A stretch of DNA of 64,000 nt from Haliotis rufescens. Its lineage: Eukaryota. Both the position numbers and the translations under genes were made by a program. The notes beneath the pieces were generated by a model that ran no database searches, had not been told where the DNA came from, and saw only the letters and a list, made by a program, of their open reading frames with translations. This document shows positions 56,101 through 64,000 of the stretch, piece by piece; position 1 is the first letter of the stretch, and every line of letters starts with the position of its first letter. The stretch is from the NCBI RefSeq assembly GCF_023055435.1, contig NW_025964372.1, forward strand, positions 43,710,001 to 43,774,000, in the 5' to 3' direction.

Positions 56101-59100
56101 CCTATGTTAACAAACTTTCCTTTTTTACAGATATTGCCATGGGTTACCACTAATTCATTAGAGTGTACTGAAGTCAACCTAACGTCTTAATGATATTTCT
56201 GTCTGATAGGGCTTACAATAAGTAGTAGCTGGTACCACAAATACCACCAAGAATCTGTTTGCCACCCAAAACAGAAACAATTTACCATCAAACTGCTCAC
56301 AGTGAAAATCATAAAAGGTAACGGCCATATGGCCATACAGCCAACATGGATGTAGTTGGATCAATGTTAAATGCACCTCTTATTTCAGAAACTTCATTGG
56401 AGTGTATGGATTTTGCTCCTACTAAACCGAAATAACTTGGTGGTAAAATCATAGCTTGGAAATGAAAACTACACTGGGTTTACTGACTTTGAAGACGTCT
56501 TGTTGCCATGTTGGGACTACTGTGTGAGTCTTGCTGTTGCCCCAGGCAACATCTCAGCAGGAAATCTAACAACTGCGTGTCATAGAATGAGGACCACACA
56601 CTGTAAAATGTCTGGCCTTCCCTCTACAATGACTGTTCTAGACCCACTCGGAGGTTGATATTCAGCCCTATGTCTGCAGCATATGTTAGCAGTGAGTGAG
56701 TGAGTATGGTTTTACGCCGCTTTTAGCAATATTCCAGCAATATCACGGTGGGGGACACCAGAAATGAGCTTCACACATTGTACCCATGTCGGGAATCGAA
56801 CCCGGGTCTTCTGCGTGACGAGCGAACGCTTTAACCACTAGGCTACCCGACCACCCCGCATATGTTAGCAACAATTTCCAAATTGGAACTAAACAATTCG
56901 CAATTCATACTTACTACGCATAATCCAAATTTCATTACATTTTGAGAAAAAATGGCCATATATAGGTATTAAAATGTGTTTGCCATGACAGCACTATGTC
57001 TGCAGCATATGATAGTAACAATTTCCAAATTGGAATTGTTTTTAAACAATTTACAATTCATACTAACTACGCATAATCCAAATTTCATTACATTTTGAGC
57101 AAAAATGGCCATAAATAGGTATTAAAATGTGGTTGCCATGACAGCCACATTGAAACTTGGATTCTAACCTCTTGATCCAATTCAGCTATCAGCACTGGTG
57201 GGAAAAGCATGTGAAGTTTGATTGGTCCAGTAGGTACTGACAAGATGTTTAAAGACACTGACATTGGATGCCGGACAAACAGGCCATGACACAAGCTCAC
57301 TTTACTTTGAGCCAGGTGAGCTTAAACTATCGAGGATTGACTCACTGTGACCGTGGGTTTGTCCACAAAGTAGGTGCTGAGCAGCTCCACCCAGAAGTCC
57401 TCTGTCTCGTCCTTCATCTTCTTGTAGTTGTTGATGGAATTGACCCGGATGTCCAGCTGTAGCATGACGACAACACTATCTACACATCAGCTCACTCCAT
57501 GGTATCTCGTACATATCAGTGGTTTGGTTTGTTTGTTTGTTGTTTAATGCCACACTCAGCAATATTCCAGCTATATGACGGCAGTCGATCCACTCAATTG
57601 GGATATGATGACATGAATCAACCAAGTCAGCAAGCCTTACAACTTGTTAGTCGCCTCTTACGAGGATCTTCAAGGGTCCATATCAGTGAGTGAGTTTTAC
57701 ACCACAGTTTATAGCAATATCAGGGTGGCCTGTGAATAATCATGAGTGACCAAACAAATTAGTGTTTGTTTGTTTGTTCTTTCATGACACAATATTCCAG
57801 CTACATGACAGAGGTCTGTAAATCGAGTCTTGACCAGATAATACAGTGACTGACATCATGAGCAGCGATCTTCGGAACTGGGATACGATGACATGCATCT
57901 ACCACGTCAGCTAGCCTGACCACTAAATCCTGTTAGTCGCATTTTGCGACAAGCATAGAACTCACAAGAAGAATGGGTTGCTATTGTCCAAATCGTACCA
58001 ACAAGTGACTGAAAGCATGAGCATTAATATACACCATTGTCAGCTCCTGTAGCTATCCTCCCACATTAAAAGGGGTGATTTGTTTGAGTGAGTGAGTGAG
58101 GTTTTACGCCGCTTTTAGCAATATTCCAGCAATATCACGGCGGGGGACACCAGAAATGGGCTTCACACATTGTACCCATGTCGGGAATCGAACCCGGGTC
58201 TTCGGCGTGACGAGCGAAGGCTTTAACCACTAGGCTACCCGACCGCCCCGGTGATTTGTTTGAAGCTTTGTGTGAAGGTGAGACTTTGTCAATGTAAGGG
58301 TAATAATCATGATAGGGAGTGAGTGAGTATGGTTTTATGCCGCTTTTAGCAATATTCCAACAATATCACGGGAGGCACCAGAAACAGGCTTCACACATTG
58401 AACCCATGAGGGTAATCAACCAGGGTCTTCGGCGTGACAAGCGAACGCTTTAACCACTAGGCTACCCCACCGCCTCATTAATCAAGATAATTAACTCCAA
58501 AATTTCACTTGGTAGAGGAGCTTGAATCCAACTTGCTGGAGCAGCCAATTTGCCAGAGTCAGACCTGTCAACCCCTCATCATGACAATGTGGGAGATTTG
58601 ACTTCAAAATGGGGGAGATTTGACTCCAAAGGGGGAGATTTTTAAGATAGTGAAGATAAGATAATTTCCAACTTTTATTTTTAATAATGTTACAAAGAAA
58701 ACCAAATATTTTGAAACAATAAATAATCAATAAGTTTCTTAAACGTACAGCTTGCTTAATTTCCGTTTGTATTTTCCTCCTCCAAAAATAAACCCAGCAC
58801 AATCTACCCATATAACTTTCGTTCAAAGATCATCTCAGATAAACGCAAACAGATATTGAAATTTCACAATCGGTAGCTTGACCAGTTGATGACGTGTTCA
58901 ATCCGACCAGTTGTCAGGCTTCGTTACGATGCACGTTTTCTGAGTATTTGGCGCGATGTTGGTTACAGAATTCGCCAAAGAAATATCAAATGCATTTATC
59001 CTGACGCAACATCATCGCCCTTAATTTCAATAAGATATACTGGGGTTTTTCTGTCTGCGGTAGTCTGTTGACAGTCCCATTACTTCGCTTCTTAAATTTC

Positions 59101-60739
59101 CTAGAAATGTTCACGTTATTTCATTCCAAGAAATGTATGCCATATTTGGAAGTACTATTACGTTTTACTACAATTTATGAATGAAATGAGTCTCGTTGTC
59201 GTTGTTGACCTTTCTGACCTTGACGTGTATTAATCTCATTGGTTGACTAGTACAGTTGTATGCAAATTAGATTGCAGATCTGGGACGCAAGCAAACTATT
59301 AGCCAATCAAATCGTGTAAAATAATCACATGATACATTCTCGCGAAATTTGATAAAGTTCTGTTTTGATATTTTCTGTGCACACAAGTCACGATGTCAGT
59401 CAAAAGGAAATTTATAAGTTTCACTTTAAACTTTGACTTTGAAATCCTAGCTGTGAGGAAGCCTGATCGTGTAACTCATTGTTATTTCGACTACCGAATC
59501 AACCAATCACGCATAGTGTTGTTTCTGAAGACGGCGCTTGCAGGACATATTTTGTTTTCATTTCCAAGAGTTCAATGACGTAACTTTGAGGTATGTTGAT
59601 GTTTTAACAAAGTTTCTGACAAATCTGATAACCAATAAAGTCATGTATAACTGGACCGGCCATATGTTTCTACGTTCTTAAATTATGGAAGAATAAACAC
59701 GCTAAGAACATGAAGACAACAGTTCATTTCATGAAGTGATGAATACTTGGCTGATTTTTCATTTCAATTTCAACCCTTCAGGCACCTGTTCGGACTATCC
59801 GAGTTTTCTTAACAGTTTACATTGTTCAATCGTTTACCATATGAATTTAATTACCAGTTGATTACTGGACAAAGGCCCATCTGGGTCCCCCTGCGGGTGG
59901 CTGCGATAAGGGTCGCTAATCCAGGAGCCTACCAGACAGATCGGGACGCAAACTTCCCGTTCATTGTTTTTACTCACGGGACAATGGAGGCGAATTTTTT
60001 AAATAATGAAGAATTCTGTTTTGCGGGAGAAATAGTCCATCTTGCGGGAGACTGGGAGATTTCATCAAATTGCGGGAGTCTCCCGCAAAATGCGGGAGGG
60101 TTAACAGGTCTGCAGAGTGTAGTCCCTCTTTTAGTTGGCACTCTGTGACTTAAATACTGGTCGAATTAGGGTAAAAAGCTCACTCAGTTTTTACAAGCAC
60201 TGAATAAGGAAGAGAATATATGGATGTCAACTTCTTAATTATGAGGAAGTTGACATCCATAAATTTTCTTCCTCATGTGTTTCACTTCTAAATGCCAGCC
60301 AAGGACCTCAAGCGTTCACCGAGGTGTATTACATTTCTGCTCTACTTGTGAGTTGGTCAATATTGTTTCACAACTGGTGATCACTCACCAATATTACAGC
60401 TTTATTATGAGGAATGTAAACAATTGAGTCTGGACCTGTAACTAATTGAGTCTGGACCTGTAAATAATTGAGTCTGGACCTGTAAATAATTGAGTCTGGG
60501 CCTGTAAATAATTGAGTCTGGACCAATGATCAGCAGTGTTTTTGATCGACTCTGCTAGTCTGAGACAAGTAAACTGCACTCAATACTCACATCCTCCTTG
60601 TTGTCTCCGTACAGGAAGTCTCCGATCAGGATGAAGGCCATTGTGTCATGGGGCTGATCCTCCACCTGAAACAGCATGGTGTGGGCGGTAAAGGTGAGGT
60701 GAAATAGGGTTTAATGTTGCACTTACATAGCTACACATT

Positions 60740-60816
<77 letters not shown>

Positions 60817-63093
60817 CTGCTTGTATTTGTCTGGACTAATGCTCATTTAATAGTGCTAGCCCACTGAGATACCATGCCACAGTTTAACAGGAATACCCTA
60901 CTCAAACACAGTATATTGACTCTTAGCCGACCAGTCCTTGTTTTAGCCCCTTAATGCTGAGCGCCAGGCTTGGTAACAACAAACACCATCTTCTAACGTC
61001 TTTTGCTATGATGTGGCTGGGGGTTGAACCCTGGGCCTTCTGCTTTCTGGGCGGATACTCTACCGCTAGACCAGGGAAGCGGTCAGTAAGTCTCTGAGGA
61101 TTTCACCTTTTATCAATATGGAAGTGTATGTTTGTTACATAATGCCACACTCCAGCTATATGACGGCGGTCTGCAAATAATCGAGTCTGGACCAGACAAT
61201 CCAGTGATTGATATCATGAACATCAATTTGTGCAATTGGGATGACATGCATTAACCAAGTCAGCGAGCCTGACCATCCGAATCCATAAGTTGCCTCTAGG
61301 TTGGGTTCTATCAATATGGAAGTCTTGTATGGTTTTGAAAAAATACACTTTCCAACATTTTTCAAAAACATAGGTTGGTGGCAAAATAAATCTAAAAGTT
61401 CAGGAAGATACATCTGCATTAAACAAAGTTATCTCGTACAAGTGAGATTGCAAGGGTACACACTTGGCTTCTAATCTCCATGTACAATATCACTCTATAT
61501 CACTCTATAGGCTTCTAGACAGGATAAAGCCAATGGTTAAAAACAGCATTTAAGGAACTTCATATAACTTGCACCACATGCATGTTCACAAGAAAACCTA
61601 GTTGCACCAGACAAAATTGCACCCACACATTTATCAAAGTTGTAACAGCCCAGTCTGCTGCCAGTGTCACAAAAATTCATGACGCATTGCTACAGGACAC
61701 AGTCTTGAAGTACCCACAGTTTGATGATGTCAAGCCTAAGAAAGCATGACAAATTACACGTAACACAGGGATTAGTGATGTAGTATGGTACATAAAATCT
61801 AGAGGTATGGAGTGTGTTTGATTTTGTGTGGACAAGTAAGGGTTAGTCAGGCACAAATTTGACATGCACTTGACAGGGTTAGAAGTAAACTCACAAGCTT
61901 TACTAGCCTGGGCCAAGATAACATGCCCTTGGGATGTTAAAACAATGGGGAAATTTGGAAGTTTGATGTAACTAGCCCTGGGCTAGTAGGCTAGTGTTAA
62001 GTTCACACCCTGCTTGTTGCATGAAGACAAATATGCTGCACAAATGCAGTTATATATAGCTAAATCAAGCTCTGAACAGTATTCGCTAGGATCATTTACA
62101 GACAAACAAATATGAATGGTACACTAGGTACAACTGTCAGTGTTTACAAACAAACATGGTGTCACCCATCTCTATCGTTGATCGAGTCAGAATTGAGCAG
62201 TGATCTTGACAAATTTACTGGAATAATAGATCACAGTTCAATCAAGAAGGCCTTCTTGGTTTAGATCAATGGGACTGATAATGAAGGTCAACTGACAATT
62301 CTCTGATACAATATAAACATGACATTTGTCAGTTTGGGATGGTAAATATCCTGTAAAAGTAATAGACACAAATACACTGTGTTTATTGCTACTACAGGAT
62401 ATTTACCATCCACAAACACACTCTTGTGATAACCATTTTGATGAAAGACTAAAGTGAACAGTGGGAGCAGTGCCAAGTTACACTTATCAGAGGGGTACAC
62501 AAAGTAGGTGATCTAGACTACCAGTTGTCAGACTTTCACTTTTGTGGAAGCCTTGGCGGCTGAGTGGGTTAGATCGCTGACTTTGTGTGCTAGTGATTAG
62601 GTGCCTCACTCTGGCAGTATGGGTTTGAATCCTGGATGGGACTCAACCTAAAAGTACTGGAATCTGTACTTTACTAATGAAGGAGTAGGCGGACCTAGGA
62701 TTATGAATAAAGGGTGGGGTGGGTTTGTGGACGGATCTCTGGTTCATGCACTACACTAATTAGAGTGAGTGAGAGAGTGAGTATGGTTTTACGCCACTTT
62801 TAGCAATATTCCAGCAATATCACGGGGGGGGCCACCAGAAATGGGCTTCACACATTGTACCCATGTCGGGAATCGAACCCGGGTCATCGGCGTGAAGAGC
62901 GAACGCTTTAACCACTAGGCTACCCAACCGCCCCACACTAATTAGAAGCCATAGCTGACCTCAGGGTCTGCCAGTGCATCTGGTACTCACGTTATTGAGA
63001 GACTCCAACACACTCCGGTGAATGAGACTCTGCAACCTCTTCATGTCAATCTTCTCCTCCCCTGATCCCAGCTTCTTCAGCACATCCTGCAAC
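44056..63093 (-). CDS. C05D11.1-like uncharacterized M16 family (presequence protease-related) protein, 5'-partial, 15 exons
   Basis: 15 GT/AG exons with consistent phases join into one ORF. Motifs EDQPHD..IGDFLYG, FQLDHIHTNFV, YLPLF.EALLESPV and GPMWRQIRGLGLAY match the recalled family; the last is the M16 C-terminal R/Y motif. Confidence 0.88.
44767..45246. mobile_element. non-autonomous DNA transposon, about 88-bp TIRs, CA..TG ends, degenerate 9-bp TSD
   Basis: caatctcattaaaatcaga... / ...tctgattttaatgagattg; flanks atgatggtc / atgctggac. Confidence 0.82.
45352..45504 (-). CDS. M16-like exon m14
   Basis: SMLEKVAKVTVADLKRVGSQY...VVKEFK. Confidence 0.9.
45754..46400. repeat. 24-bp minisatellite (atgtgaatgtataatgtagtaagc)n
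   Basis: about 27 units. Confidence 0.93.
46435..46595 (-). CDS. M16-like exon m13
   Basis: MGYINGSNELSEVDLESARSSLIFEIIEQEKTV...YN. Confidence 0.9.
46713..47207. repeat. 19-bp minisatellite (caggtgtgctgacaaccat)n
   Basis: about 26 units. Confidence 0.95.
47518..47611 (-). CDS. M16-like exon m12
   Basis: MYVKPDTGLLYFVLSKSTHLVNAYKEGRDIV. Confidence 0.9.
48178..48411 (-). CDS. M16-like exon m11
   Basis: CVERT...GVGSVESAYF...LEGPMWRQIRGLGLAYNY. Confidence 0.9.
49085..49239 (-). CDS. M16-like exon m10
   Basis: VIEDIESLRKMLAMPGNIRIHMSADV...GDSN. Confidence 0.88.
49545..51327. repeat. 34-38-bp C-rich minisatellite = m9 exon end plus donor
   Basis: minus-strand unit gagactgaccccaacaag|gtaggcagggggagggga, about 45-50 units. 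Confidence 0.95.
51309..51394 (-). CDS. M16-like exon m9
   Basis: CNSVVASIFRQLDFLTQLSKTLETDPNK|gtaggt. Confidence 0.88.
52327..52493 (-). mobile_element. SINE family 2 copy nested in an opposite-strand family 2 copy
   Basis: TSD taccctgtcatg. Confidence 0.85.
52802..52982 (-). CDS. M16-like exon m8
   Basis: VEEDKYSQGISWLKELLYQTQFTADRLK...LYKK. Confidence 0.9.
53271..53401 (-). CDS. M16-like exon m7
   Basis: LVSHEEVIAQLEADTL...FPQVSSIELK. Confidence 0.88.
53312..53603. repeat. 113-bp tandem repeat (2.6 units) of the m7 acceptor and exon 5' part
   Basis: units at 53312, 53425, 53538. Confidence 0.95.
53682..53954 (-). mobile_element. retroposon family 1 copy nested in an older opposite-strand copy
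   Basis: TSD tcagatggtcagg at 53669-53681 and 53955-53967. Confidence 0.85.
54100..54202 (-). CDS. M16-like exon m6
   Basis: IVALLDSSALPQKLKYYLPLFCEALLESPVLRDG. Confidence 0.9.
55273..55455 (-). CDS. M16-like exon m5
   Basis: IEAPEDLL...FQLDHIHTNFVQ. Confidence 0.9.
55629..55772 (-). CDS. M16-like exon m4
   Basis: VVGTPSKSLMEDMGKTEKERVAAQRKKLGEDGL...ENE. Confidence 0.9.
56692..56857 (-). mobile_element. SINE family 2 copy
   Basis: TSD gcatatgttagca. Confidence 0.88.
57346..57456 (-). CDS. M16-like exon m3
   Basis: LDIRVNSINNYKKMKDETEDFWVELLSTYFVDKPTVT. Confidence 0.9.
58088..58249 (-). mobile_element. SINE family 2 copy
   Basis: TSD ggtgatttgtttga. Confidence 0.88.
58317..58475 (-). mobile_element. 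SINE family 2 copy (older)
   Basis: similar to the adjacent copy; degenerate TSD. Confidence 0.8.
58560..60112. mobile_element. hAT-like non-autonomous element, 1.55 kb
   Basis: TIR cagacctgtcaaccc / gggttaacaggtctg; subterminal gggaga repeats; flanking cagagt duplication. Confidence 0.7.
60415..60524. repeat. 22-bp tandem repeat x5 derived from retroposon family 1
   Basis: tgtaaataattgagtctggacc matches the reverse strand of family 1. Confidence 0.85.
60591..60665 (-). CDS. M16-like exon m2
   Basis: VEDQPHDTMAFILIGDFLYGDNKED. Confidence 0.9.
60693..61085 (-). mobile_element. SINE family 3 copy with an expanded internal (TG)n
   Basis: reverse complement of 12157-12510; TG run at 60743-60814. 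Confidence 0.8.
62765..62934 (-). mobile_element. SINE family 2 copy
   Basis: TSD acactaattaga. Confidence 0.88.
62991..63093 (-). CDS. M16-like exon m1
   Basis: LQDVLKKLGSGEEKIDMKRLQSLIHRSVLESLNN. Confidence 0.88.
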
Positions 63094-64000
63094 CTGGGCA
63101 CGTAACAAGTTACTTCACACATCACCAGCCTCCGTCATCCACTGTATTATACCTCATTCTAACATGATAAACACCCTGGACCTGTTCGCCACCATAGTTT
63201 AGTTTTAGAAGCGACACCACCATCTCCAGAGTGCCGTTGTACAAAACAATCTTAGTGCTACAACTGTCGCAAGTCTATGTTAAGGCATGGGAGTTACGAT
63301 CACCTTAGCGCAAATATCACTTTGTACAACGACACCCAGGTCTAATATCACCAACTTAGAACAAAATTCTCATTTGAATGTGAGTTCTGCATATATCTTC
63401 ATAAAAAATTGTGGCCCCTTAAGAGCGAGCATTGACATATGAAACCAAACACAAAGACTGTTTTGCTTGACAATTAGATGCAAAAGAGGGGAGTCATTAT
63501 GCTGCAAGATGTTCCCAGTTGTATTTGAGATGGAGCACCACAACACCATTTTTCAATCAGGAAACAGCAGTGAACTCATATTTTGTTCAGAAAAAGATAC
63601 TGAATTTCCTGACAAGTTTGTTCTTTTAATGGACAGTAGCGCTGGCTATCTACATAGATCTTAGAGATCAATAATCGTTAACTAAATATTGATCAACTAT
63701 CGATAAATAAATAACTTTCAGCACATATACAAAAAGCTCTGAGACAAAACATCACATTTCACGTCACTGGTGAGTGGTGACACATTTATGCATGGATTAC
63801 TTTGTGGACATTTAAGGCATAACAAATTCAGTTGCTTTCCGTCTTCAGCAGCGACAAAAACAAGTCTGCTTCGTTAACTTAAAAACTTTATTTCATTACA
63901 TAGTTTATGTAAGATATTATTGATAACACAATTCTCATATTGATTATCGACAATAATTTCGATTATCGATCTTTATAGCGTGCCCTAATGGACAGGCCCA

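Noticed and set aside
58170-58249. tRNA genes at A/B-box motifs (also near 7913, 12157, 41930, 62550)
   Set aside because: They are SINE heads: joined to family bodies, simple-repeat tails and TSDs, with no complete cloverleaf evident.

Overview
Eukaryotic (animal, probably molluscan/gastropod; inferred from the repeat families only) genomic DNA with two convergent, intron-rich genes. (1) + strand, 185-40646: the 3' 41 exons of a fibrillar collagen of the type V/XI-like (B) clade. It has about 265 uninterrupted Gly-X-Y triplets in 36/45/54/90/99/108/153-bp phase-0 exons, a K-R11 furin-type site and a complete COLFI C-propeptide with only 6 Cys. (2) - strand, 63093 to 44056: the 3' 15 exons of a C05D11.1-like / presequence-protease-related M16 family protein. 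Both genes begin outside the window. The introns hold at least four short retroposon families, several MITEs, a Penelope-type palindrome with a minimal hammerhead core, and many minisatellites. The most striking pattern is that many minisatellites in both genes are amplified copies of the genes' own splice junctions. These form arrays of up to about 50 decoy donors or about 28 decoy acceptors, plus one 1.8-kb AG-free polypyrimidine array. Exon coordinates were read by hand from GT/AG sites and reading-frame continuity. Homology statements are from recall, not database searches.
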